A DNA stretch of 64,000 nt from an uncultured Planctomycetaceae bacterium (GTDB taxonomy: Bacteria; Planctomycetota; Planctomycetia; Pirellulales; PALSA-1355), in the NCBI GenBank assembly GCA_963785305.1, contig CAWAUV010000007.1, positions 1,600,001-1,664,000 of the forward strand. Reading direction: 5' to 3'. The first letter of the stretch is position 1, and each line of letters starts with the position of its first letter. Shown here piece by piece: positions 55,130-64,000 of this stretch. The notes below the pieces were generated by a model. The model had not been told where the DNA came from, ran no database searches, and saw only the letters and a list, made by a program, of their open reading frames with translations. A program made the position numbers and the translations under genes.

Positions 55130-56890
55130 TCAAAAAATTGCGAAAATCCCTTGGCGATATGTGCTGCACCATTTGGGAGATGCTGTCACTGCGCAATTCA
55201 CTCCTTTTGCGCAAGCTTTCAATGTTGCGTCGCAGCGACGGGTCGCCGGAGTCTTGAACCCCGGACACGCGCTCGTTGCGGTTGCGCCCGCCGCACCGTA
55301 ACAGTTATCATGGTCAAGACAGCAACTATCTAATGCGTCAATAGGGGGCGGCCCAACGGGCGGGCCCGCCGGGGAATTTGGACCGCAATAGTTGCCATAA
55401 TAAATCCCAGCGAGCCCATCTGGGTCCGTCACGAACTTCGGTCGATTAAACACATAACGATATAGATTCGAGTCGCGGCTCTCGAACCCGATCGGGTCCC
55501 GCGTGATCCAAACGCCGAGCAGCGAGTCCAGATACCGATTCCGCGCCAGATATAGCTCCGATTCGCTGTCCCAGCGGTAGCCGCAGTAGAGGGTTTCCCA
55601 GGCGTAGACGCTGGCAGTTAAGGGAGCGAAATCAGGGTTCAGGAATGTCGGCAAGCCGTATGCGGTGTAGCTGTAGCGTTCTTGGACGGCGCCGGAGTTG
55701 TTGACGACCGACGTGACGTTCCAGTTGGCGTCTTGAAGGGCGTAAAGCCTTTCCGTCGAGCGGTCGCGCAGGACGAGATCGTCGATATAGCGCAGGCCCC
55801 AGACGAATTGCCGATCCGCGGCTGCGCCGCCGCCGACGCGCTCTTCGAGGATTTGCCACTGGCTCGAATAGTAGATGTCGCGCAGGACGCCTGAGACCAG
55901 CTTTGTGGCGCGGCGATTGAGGCCGTCGTAGCTGTAGCTCGCCACGCCGGCGAGCGCGACCAAACGATTCCAGGCGTCGTAAGTCGCCGCGAAGGCCGAG
56001 GTTGGCGCTGCTGGCTGCGGGATCGCCGTCATGGCGCCGGCCGGGCTGTAGGCCGGCTGCGCCAGGCCGCGCCGTAGCGCTGCGTAATGCCCATGATCTC
56101 GTTCACGGGATTGCTTGCGCACTGCTGATCGAGATTGTCGGCCGACGTCGTGACGTCGGTGTTGACGAAATTCGACCAATTGCCAGTGGCGTCGAGACCC
56201 CATTGCTGGGCCAAAGTCATGTTGGCGATCGATTGGTCACTATTCGTTAGATCGCCACGGCTCATGTCGATGAGGCGGCTCAATCCATCGTAGGCATACA
56301 GTTCGTCGGTTCCGGTCGTGGCAGTCTCGTGCCGCCAGAGGCGATTGCTGGACTGATCGTAGCCGTACTGGAGCGTCGTGAGGTTCGCGCTGGGCGTGGT
56401 CCACGGGTTATTGATGACGCGGCCGAACTGGTCGAGGCCGATATACGGGTTCGGCGCGCTGCCGCCGCCGAGCGACCAAGTGACGTCGGGCTGCGGATAG
56501 GTCAGATCGACGAACGTCGAGAGGCCCAGATAGGTGTATTCAACCAGCGTCGTGCTGTCGGAATCGCGGTAGTTGGTGATGCGGGATAACGCATCGTCGT
56601 TGCCGCTCGCGTAATTGTACGAAACGACGCGAGGCGTCGAGCCGCTGATCGCGCCGGGATAGGTGATCGCCGTGAGGCGCGTCGTGTTGGCGCTGCCATC
56701 GGCGAAGGCGTACTGCACGTTGGGAGACGTGGAGGTATTCACGGCGGCGCCATGCTGTTGGAACTGCGTGACGAGTTGCTGGAAACCATTGTAGGCGTTT
56801 TGCACTTGGTTGACCACCGTGCTGCCGGCGGTATCGGCGTAGCTCGTGATTTGGAAGACAAGGCCGCGGATTTCGTAAGCCGTGGTGATT
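55130..56890 (-). CDS. Orphan Rhs module (frameshift ~56060) with a secreted-type phospholipase A2 toxin
   Basis: YGNYCGP...DALDSCCLDHDNCY...CD..L..C. Confidence 0.87.
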
Positions 56891-57008
56891 CGCCGCACCC
56901 GCGTGGCGGGGCTGCCGGCGCTCGGACAGCTGAACGTCAGCAAAGACTGCCCGCCGGGTCGAAAAACCGCCGCCAGCGAAATCAATGACTCCTGACACCT
57001 TTGAATTC
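56887..57008 (-). repeat. Motif A (variant GGTGTCAGG, intron-free) plus leader
   Basis: Near-identical to the other right-array copies. Confidence 0.88.
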
Positions 57009-57235
57009 GCACGCTCCAGCTCGCGGCGTAGCGACGGCATGGTAATGCCGCGATCATCATCCGCAGTCGCGCTGTGCGCCGAGGGCCGCTCGCACGCGCA
57101 GCTAATCGAATTGTCAAAGATCGTCCCGCGTCGGCTGCGCCGACCCCGCGATTTCGCGCAGGAAACCGGGTTTTTAGAGCGGAAATGCGTTGTCAGATGT
57201 TCACTAAAAATTCGCTGGACGCCTATACCGTCTGG

Positions 57236-59572
57236 CTATCGATGCCGGCCGCGCTCGGGGTCGCTTCCCTTAGCAAATTCGAGTATTGATTCATTGCGAC
57301 ATAATGCAAGCCTCGCTTCAGAAAATGCAAATGCTGGACTGGGGCGAAGATAAATCCATCCATTGCGAAGATCGAGAGTCGCAATGAATCGACGGAAGTA
57401 ATTAAGACCTATCGATTCATGCCTGCTAACTTCCGTCCCAGTAAGCGATTGGTGATTATTCCGGAACGCGCGAACATTGGCAATGGCATGAAGGCGGTTG
57501 ATAGTATTTCCTGACATTTCGATTTGGGACACGTTTGCAAACGGAGTTAGGCCGCCGGCGCGAGCAACGCCTTGAGCGGTCTCAGCAGTGATAGTCAATG
57601 TTGTCGAAGCCGCCCCCGTATCAACATTAAGTTCACGAGCACCAATACCAGGAAATACGACTTCGGTAGAAGCTTTATACATCTGCTGCGCACCACCAAC
57701 TACGTGAAGAGGGTATTGCACACTCAGATCCGATGGGACATCTCGTAGAAAGAACAATTTTCCATGCACCAGGTCAAGTTGCATAATTGTATCTTTCAGA
57801 ACGTCTAAGCCGAGGAGGCCGTGAATTGGTTCTCCAAGACTAGCGCCGAAGTGTTTAGTGAACAGAGGGTCCGAGACCGGCATCTTGGAAGACAGATGAA
57901 GCGAGCCGATTTTTAGTTCAACGGGAGGATATCTATCTAAGATAACAGAACCGGAAAAACACTTAATACTTGCCAATCCAGTTTTCGTTCCCAATAAGTC
58001 TCTAATGGAATCATCGAAAATCGATACCGGAGATCCAGTGTCGACTATCATGCGCAATGTTCGTTTTCCCATTTTAACCGGGATAATCAACCCTTTAGAG
58101 AAAATCGGGATATCGAAGGAGGCTGCGATCAAGGCCGCTTGAGGAAGTGACTTTTCGATGCGTGGAAGCTCCCAAGCGGATTCGGGCTCGAAAAGCGCAC
58201 GCGGTACTTGTATTCCGCGATAGTTGCTGTCCAACTCGCCGCCCCGTCTTAGATCAGATATGGCCTTATCGTGATCGCCCAACAGCCCGTGCAACGTTCC
58301 TCTCATCATATAAGGTTTGGCTTGCAAGGGATCTGCCGCTATTGCTTGGTTATAAGCATGAATTGCATCCCGGCCGCGGCCCATATTCACCAACAAAGAT
58401 CCGATCTGGCCATTTAGATAGGCATTATTGGGATTGGCGCGAGCATATTCTTCAAGTATTGGAAATATATTTATCGCATTTTCGAGACCCGAGCATAGTT
58501 CAATACATTTTATCGCGATATCAGCACCTTTTGGATCTAACGCGATCGCTGATGTTATATCCCGGTTCGATTGAACACTATTTCCTAGATAATATTCAGT
58601 GATTGCTCGTTGACTTAAATAGTTCGCATTATTTGGTTCCAGGCGAACCGCTGCATCGATGTCATCAAACGCCGCTTCCAAATTGCCCAGGCCGATCAAT
58701 ATTCGATGCCGATGCGCATATCCATCTGCCCATCTGAGATCGAGAGCGATTCCTTTACCAATGCTGATTAATGCATCCAAGGGCTTGTTTTGTGCACAAT
58801 ATATATACGCGATAATGTCGTAAAACCGTGAATCGGTGGTGTTCAGAGAAACCGCTCGATTGGCATCTGCTAACGACAAATCGAGTTTGTCGATTTCGAG
58901 ATATAACGTACTCCGCTCATAGAGCGCCGGGAGACAGTCTGGATCAAGCGCCAATGCTTGATTGACGTCAGACATCGCGTCATTGTTCCTTGAGGCATAG
59001 CGATAGGCGAGCGAGCGCAACACATATCCCAGCGGCTTGGTGGGGGCGACTTTAATCGCATCGGCAGATTCCGATATGAGTTTCTGACGATCAATACTCA
59101 CGTGCCAGCGAGCCAACGCTCGATAAATGTAAGCCCTTTCGTCATTCGGATGTCGTTTTATCTCAGAATCGAAAAACTCGATCATCTGATCTTTGCTACG
59201 CACTTCTAGGAGTTGGGATGTCTCAATCCAACCTGAGCAGCAACTCCGAATTCGCTCGACAGGAGCAAATCGAGCCCATTGACCCTCTGTTTGCTCGATC
59301 CTTAGCAACTCCCCCCATGACATGTAGCCAACGATCTTTGAATCAATACGCACTGGAGCATTTCTATCCTTGACAATTGCGTAGTAAGCATGTGCCGCAC
59401 GAGTTCTGCCGTCGTCGGTTTCATTTGCATTCGATGCTGACGGAAAAAGAAATAGTCCTATTAGACACAACGGTCCAACAACGGAATGCAACGTAAATAG
59501 TTGGGCGGCGACCAAACGCACTCGACGCGATATGCGGCTATTTACAGAAGTAGTAAGATACGAGAAAGTCAT
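57236..59572 (-). CDS. Exported SH3-like + TPR + tandem retropepsin-like aspartyl protease protein
   Basis: Signal-like N-terminus; GW(I) SH3-like motif; TPR repeats; MIVDTGS...GLLG and LNVDTGA...SIG. Confidence 0.8.
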   Translation of the reverse strand: MTFSYLTTSVNSRISRRVRLVAAQLFTLHSVVGPLCLIGLFLFPSASNANETDDGRTRAAHAYYAIVKDRNAPVRIDSKIVGYMSWGELLRIEQTEGQWARFAPVERIRSCCSGWIETSQLLEVRSKDQMIEFFDSEIKRHPNDERAYIYRALARWHVSIDRQKLISESADAIKVAPTKPLGYVLRSLAYRYASRNNDAMSDVNQALALDPDCLPALYERSTLYLEIDKLDLSLADANRAVSLNTTDSRFYDIIAYIYCAQNKPLDALISIGKGIALDLRWADGYAHRHRILIGLGNLEAAFDDIDAAVRLEPNNANYLSQRAITEYYLGNSVQSNRDITSAIALDPKGADIAIKCIELCSGLENAINIFPILEEYARANPNNAYLNGQIGSLLVNMGRGRDAIHAYNQAIAADPLQAKPYMMRGTLHGLLGDHDKAISDLRRGGELDSNYRGIQVPRALFEPESAWELPRIEKSLPQAALIAASFDIPIFSKGLIIPVKMGKRTLRMIVDTGSPVSIFDDSIRDLLGTKTGLASIKCFSGSVILDRYPPVELKIGSLHLSSKMPVSDPLFTKHFGASLGEPIHGLLGLDVLKDTIMQLDLVHGKLFFLRDVPSDLSVQYPLHVVGGAQQMYKASTEVVFPGIGARELNVDTGAASTTLTITAETAQGVARAGGLTPFANVSQIEMSGNTINRLHAIANVRAFRNNHQSLTGTEVSRHESIGLNYFRRFIATLDLRNGWIYLRPSPAFAFSEARLALCRNESILEFAKGSDPERGRHR

Positions 59573-61315
59573 TTTTTTTTGGGTTCGATTCTTGGCGGAA
59601 TCTTGATCTCGATTTCAATTTTTCCTGGAGCCACTGGCGATCCTGGAGGAGCGCTCTTAGGCGGTGGTTTCGGTCCACCAAATTCTACGCCGACACCACC
59701 CTGGACCTCGACTGGCTTATTAGGTTTATCTGTCGATTGCTCAAATTCGATTTTGCCTTTAATCTCTGGAGAGCCCTTACAACCGGCGAGAACTACAAGG
59801 CCGATTAGGCAAACACAAAGGAACACGAACTCGCCTGTAGGGTCAATTGCATTAATTGGTGCATTGATAACATACCGATAGTCGTTTATGTCGCCAACTG
59901 GAAACCGAACCGGTTCGCGCGACATCCAAGTACCGATTAATGCGTTCAAGTAACGTTCGCGTACCTGAAAAATGCCGGACTCGCCATCCAGCCTATATCC
60001 CGCGAACAATGTCTCCCAGTCATAGTTGCCGCCATCAGCAAGAATTGCAAACAAGGCGCTCAAAAAGGTTGGAAGCCCATAGGCGCTGTAAATATAGCGC
60101 TCTTTAACATTTCCATTTGCATCTGTGATAGCATTTACATTCCAATTGTTGTCTTGCAGCGAGTAGAGCCGCTCGGTGACCCGATCTCGGAGAACGAGGT
60201 CGTCGATATAGCGCAAGCCCCAAACGAATTGGCGGTCGGCGATCGATGCGCCACCGATTCGTTCTTCGAGGACTTGCCACTGGTTTGAGTAATAGAAATC
60301 CCGAACCGTTCCTGAGACGGTTTTCGTGGCGCGGCGATTGAGTCCGTCGTAGCTGTAGCTCGCCACGCCGACCAGCGAGATGAGGCGATTCCAGGCGTCG
60401 TAGGTCGCTGCGAAGGAGCTAGTGGGCGTCGCGGGCTGGGGGATTGTTGTCATGGCGCCGGCCGGACTGTAGGCCGGCTGCGCCACGCGGCGCCGTAGCG
60501 CTGCGTGATGCCCATGATCTCGTTCACGGGATTCGACTGGCGCTGCTGATCGAGATTGTTCGCCGGCGTCGTGACGTCCGTATTGACGAAGTTCGACCAG
60601 TTGCCGGTAGCGTCGAGGCCCCATTGCTGCGCGAGCGTCATGTTGGCGATCGATTGGTCGCTATTCGTCAGATCGCCGCGGCTCATGTCGATGAGGCGTT
60701 GCAAGCCGTCATAGGCGTACAATTCATCGTTGCCGGTCGTGACGGTCTCATGCCGCCAGAGGCGGTTGCTGGATTGGTCGTAACCGTACTGGATTTGATC
60801 GAGCGCGGCGCCGCCAGCGTTCTGCCAGAGGTTGTTGATCACGCGGCCGAACTGGTCGAGGCCGAGATATGGGTTCGCGCCCGAGCCGCCGGCGAGCGAC
60901 CAAGTCACGTCCGGTTGCGGATAGGTCAAATCAACGAACGTGCGGAGGCCAAGATACGTGTACTCGACGAGCGTCGAGCTGTCGGAGTCGACGTAGCTGG
61001 TGACGCGAGACAAGGCGTCGTCGTTGCCGCTCGCGTAGTTGTACGTCACGACGCGGGGCGTCGAGCCGCTGATGGCGCCGGGATAGGTGATCGCCGTCAG
61101 GCGCGTCGTGTTGGCGCTGCCATCGGCATAGGCGTACTGCACGTTGGGAGACGTGGAAGTATTCACGGCGGCGCCATGCTGTTGGAACTGCGTGACCAGT
61201 TGCTGGAATCCATTGTAGACGTTTTGAACCTGATTGACCACGGTCGTGCCGGCGGTGTCGGCGTAGCTCGTGATTTGGAAGACAAGGCCGCGGATTTCGT
61301 AAGCCGTGGTGATTC
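59569..61315 (-). CDS. Orphan Rhs module (frameshift ~60482) with a tiny lipopeptide-like CT
   Basis: DPTGEFVFLCVCLIGLVVLAGCKGS... Pro/Lys-rich. Confidence 0.8.
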
Positions 61316-61432
61316 GCCGCACCCGCGTGGCGGGGCTGCCGGCGCTCGGACAGCTGAACGTCAGCAAAGACTGCCCGCCGGGTCGAAAAACCGCCGCCAG
61401 CGAAATCAATGAGTCCTGACCCCTTTGAATTC
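61311..61432 (-). repeat. Motif A (perfect, intron-free) plus leader
   Basis: GAATTCAAAGGGGTCAGGACTCATTGATTTCG. Confidence 0.9.
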
Positions 61433-61436
61433 GCTC

Positions 61437-61624
61437 CCGCCCTCTTCAACCACGACCGTCACGCCGAAGGCAAGGCCGCACGCCGAACAGTAAAAACAGG
61501 CCCTTCGGGCCTGTTTTTACTCGGCCCATCAAAAAACTTCTCGACACGCAATCCGAACCAAATTCCCGAGAACCGCGAACCACCACGCCTCACTCCGCCA
61601 AGATAGAGTTTTCGGGAGGGACAG
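61437..61624 (-). repeat. Junction element B with hairpin 61489-61521 (possible bidirectional terminator), flanked by the 10-bp direct repeat GAATTCGCTC
   Basis: CTGTCCCTCCCGAAAAC head, AAAACAGGCCC.GGGCCTGTTTT stem and TTGCCTTCGGC tail, as at 21291. Confidence 0.7.
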
Positions 61625-61632
61625 GAATTCGC

Positions 61633-62607
61633 TCATGGGTCATTATCAACGTGGCACGGCTTTGCGCGAGCTTGTAGGAATTTTGCCACGCCGGCATCCG
61701 TCACGTTAGTATGGTTGAGGTGAAGACTCACCAGCGCCGGCAAGCTTTGGAGATGCTCCAGCCCCGCATCGGTCAGCTTCGTATTATTGATATCCAACGC
61801 AAAGAGCAGTGTTAGCTTCGTAAGGTGAATCATTCCAGCGTCGGTCACGGCGGTATCGTCCAGACTAAGTATCTTGAGGTGCTTCAAGTTCTGAATATGA
61901 ACGAGCCCGGCGTCGGTGATCGCAGTTACCGAAAGGTTTAGTAATTGCAATTGCGAAAGTTGGCCGATATGAACGAGCCCCGCGTCGGACACGCTCGATT
62001 CTCCTAAGCTCAGCACTTGAAGCGTGGCCAACGAAGACAAGTTCGCAAGCCCGGTGTCGTCGACTTTTGTTCCACAAAGGCCTAAGTTCTCAAGTTCCTG
62101 CATTTCGCGAAGTCGGACGAGGCCGTTACTTGTGATGCGAGTGTCGTCGAGAAAGAGCCGTTTGAGGCGAGGGAAACAACGAAGATGGTCCAGCCCCGCG
62201 TCGGTGATTCGCGTCGTAGACAGACCCAAATGTTCGAGCCGGCGTAGGTCACGAAGGCGCTCCAATCCCGCGTCAGTCAGTTGCGACAGCCTAAGCTCAA
62301 GATGTTCGATGTGGACGAGTTTGGAAAGCTGCGCGAGTTCTTCGTCGGTGATCCGCTGCCTTGCGGAGAACGCCACCACATTCCGCGGCTCTTTCTCGCC
62401 TAACCATGCCCGCAGTCGTTCCATGACCGTGAATGAACCGTTCGTGGAATATTCGATTCGGTGTCTCGACTTGGCCAAGACCGCGACCGCGACAGTTTGT
62501 ACCCGGGCCTCGTGGATCGTCCAGGCGGTCGCCGAAGCGATCAAAAACACGAACACCAAAAACGTTCGCAGACTGAAACGGAGAAATCGTCGGCGAATAA
62601 AGTTCAT
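61633..62607 (-). CDS. Membrane-anchored LRR protein in the immunity position
   Basis: RFSLRTFLVFV plus ~9 LxLxxTxITDAGL repeats. Confidence 0.88.
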   Translation of the reverse strand: MNFIRRRFLRFSLRTFLVFVFLIASATAWTIHEARVQTVAVAVLAKSRHRIEYSTNGSFTVMERLRAWLGEKEPRNVVAFSARQRITDEELAQLSKLVHIEHLELRLSQLTDAGLERLRDLRRLEHLGLSTTRITDAGLDHLRCFPRLKRLFLDDTRITSNGLVRLREMQELENLGLCGTKVDDTGLANLSSLATLQVLSLGESSVSDAGLVHIGQLSQLQLLNLSVTAITDAGLVHIQNLKHLKILSLDDTAVTDAGMIHLTKLTLLFALDINNTKLTDAGLEHLQSLPALVSLHLNHTNVTDAGVAKFLQARAKPCHVDNDP

Positions 62608-62719
62608 GATCGAATGAGGAACGGGATCGGGTTACCGCTGGAGCGACATACGAAGCCCATGCCGGCATGTTGCGGCTGGTCGCCGATATTACGTTCATTG
62701 ATGGAATTGCGTGCAAAAC

Positions 62720-64000
62720 TCAACCAACGGATCCGATCGGACAACGGCACTGGGAAGTGCCCGGTGGATTCGGATTCACCGTAGGCCGTTTCTTACAATT
62801 AGGGTCCGTGCTGGCTTTCTTACACGCGGCTTCTAAATCATCGACATACTGATAAAACGCAAGGGTTGCTTGGTTTGGAGGCAGAGCCTCTTTACACATC
62901 TGGTAGTCTCTACCGAAGTTGACTTTGCCGCAGCCCGCCGTATTGCTGCAATTCGCAACCGCACTCGCTATCCCAAGATACGCGGATTTGTACCACTTCC
63001 CGCAAGCGCTCTCCGGCTGAAATTTATCAAGAAGTTCTATTACCTGAAAGATACTTGTCATCGGATCAACAATAGTATTAAGCAGGCCTAATTTTCCGAC
63101 TGGGCCACCACCTCCTTCTTTTATCGCCTCGATGATCTCTTTAAATGTTTTGGCCTTCTCGATTTTTTCCAACAGCTCCGAGATACCGGACCCCTCGTCT
63201 TCTTTTTCGCATTTATCCAGACCAAAAGCATCGGCCCAGGTGACAGGAGCATTGCTGATATATCGATAAACATTCGAATCACCTCCCGCGAACCCGATCG
63301 GATCTCGCGTGATCCAAACGCCGAGCACCGAGTCCAGATACCGATTCCGCGCCAGATATAGCTCCGATTCGCTGTCCCAGCGGTAGCCGGCGTAGAGGGT
63401 TTCCCAGGCGAAGGCGCTCGCAGCTAACGGCGTAAAATCGGGGGCCAGGAACGTCGGCAGGCCGTAGGCGGTGTAGGTGTAGCGTTCTTGAACGGCGCCT
63501 GACGTGTTGACGACCGAAGTCACGTTCCAGTTCGCGTCTTGGAGGGCGTAGAGGCGTTCGGTCGAGCGGTCACGGAGGACTAGGTCATCGATGTAGCGTT
63601 GGCCCCAGACGAATTGACGATCGGCGGTCGTCGCGCCGCCGACGCGTTCTTCGAGGACTTGCCACATGTTCGAGTAGTACAAGTCTCGCACGACGCCGGA
63701 AATCGTCTTTTGCGTGCGGCGATTGAGGCCGTCATAGCTGTACGTGGCGACGCCAGCGAGTTGGGTCAACCGATTCCAGGCATCGTAGGTTGCCGCGAAC
63801 GAGCTCGTGGGCGAGGCCGGTTGCGGAATCGTCGTCATGTTCCCGGCGGGGTTGTAAACCGGCTGGGCCCACGCGGCGCCGTAACGCTGCGAGATAGCCA
63901 TGATCTCGTTGACCGGATTATTCGACCGTTGTTGGTCGAGATTGTTCGTCGGCGTCAGAACATCGGTATTGACGAAATTGGACCAGTTGCCCGTGGCGTC
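62720..64000 (-). CDS. Rhs core (continues beyond the window) with a Cys-rich CT
   Basis: RDPIGFAGG...DAFGL followed by a Cys-rich tail. Confidence 0.85.
   Translation of the reverse strand, partial: DATGNWSNFVNTDVLTPTNNLDQQRSNNPVNEIMAISQRYGAAWAQPVYNPAGNMTTIPQPASPTSSFAATYDAWNRLTQLAGVATYSYDGLNRRTQKTISGVVRDLYYSNMWQVLEERVGGATTADRQFVWGQRYIDDLVLRDRSTERLYALQDANWNVTSVVNTSGAVQERYTYTAYGLPTFLAPDFTPLAASAFAWETLYAGYRWDSESELYLARNRYLDSVLGVWITRDPIGFAGGDSNVYRYISNAPVTWADAFGLDKCEKEDEGSGISELLEKIEKAKTFKEIIEAIKEGGGGPVGKLGLLNTIVDPMTSIFQVIELLDKFQPESACGKWYKSAYLGIASAVANCSNTAGCGKVNFGRDYQMCKEALPPNQATLAFYQYVDDLEAACKKASTDPNCKKRPTVNPNPPGTSQCRCPIGSVG

Noticed and set aside
43785..60490. Programmed ribosomal frameshift at QRYGAAW in four cassettes
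   Set aside because: There is no slippery sequence, other copies are in frame, and the context matches the GCGC indel pattern seen throughout.
49665..61432. CRISPR array or classical integron attC array
   Set aside because: Repeats are kilobases apart, there is no cas or intI gene, and no RYYYAAC...GTTRRRY structure.

Overview
GC-rich, Planctomycete-like accessory locus made almost entirely of Rhs polymorphic-toxin modules. A left array on the + strand (a giant adhesin-Rhs gene plus about 6 orphan core/C-terminal-toxin/immunity cassettes) and a right array on the - strand (about 7 orphan cassettes from a different Rhs family) both point toward a small central island at 31837-32241. That island looks like an internally deleted Y1/HUH (RAYT/IS200-like) transposase gene, bracketed by two inverted copies of a ~30-bp motif, (GAATTC/GAACAATCC)AAAGGGGTCAGG^A(G/C)TCA(T/G)TG. 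The same motif, with an array-specific 5' variant, recurs at many cassette boundaries, and upstream DNA is repeatedly broken and joined at its 5' edge. A group II intron (4 full copies and 1 truncated) has inserted at exactly the same base in this motif, and its putative EBS1 loop is complementary to it. Also present: 2 IS1380 copies, 1 IS66, an ISAs1 fragment and a second junction element (TGTCCCTCCCGAAAAC plus hairpin). Best candidate for a new system: HUH-transposase-end-driven shuffling of Rhs cassettes, parasitised by a site-specific group II intron. Family calls come from motif recognition by eye, not from database searches. Many 1-bp frameshifts sit at GCGC and are probably sequencing errors.
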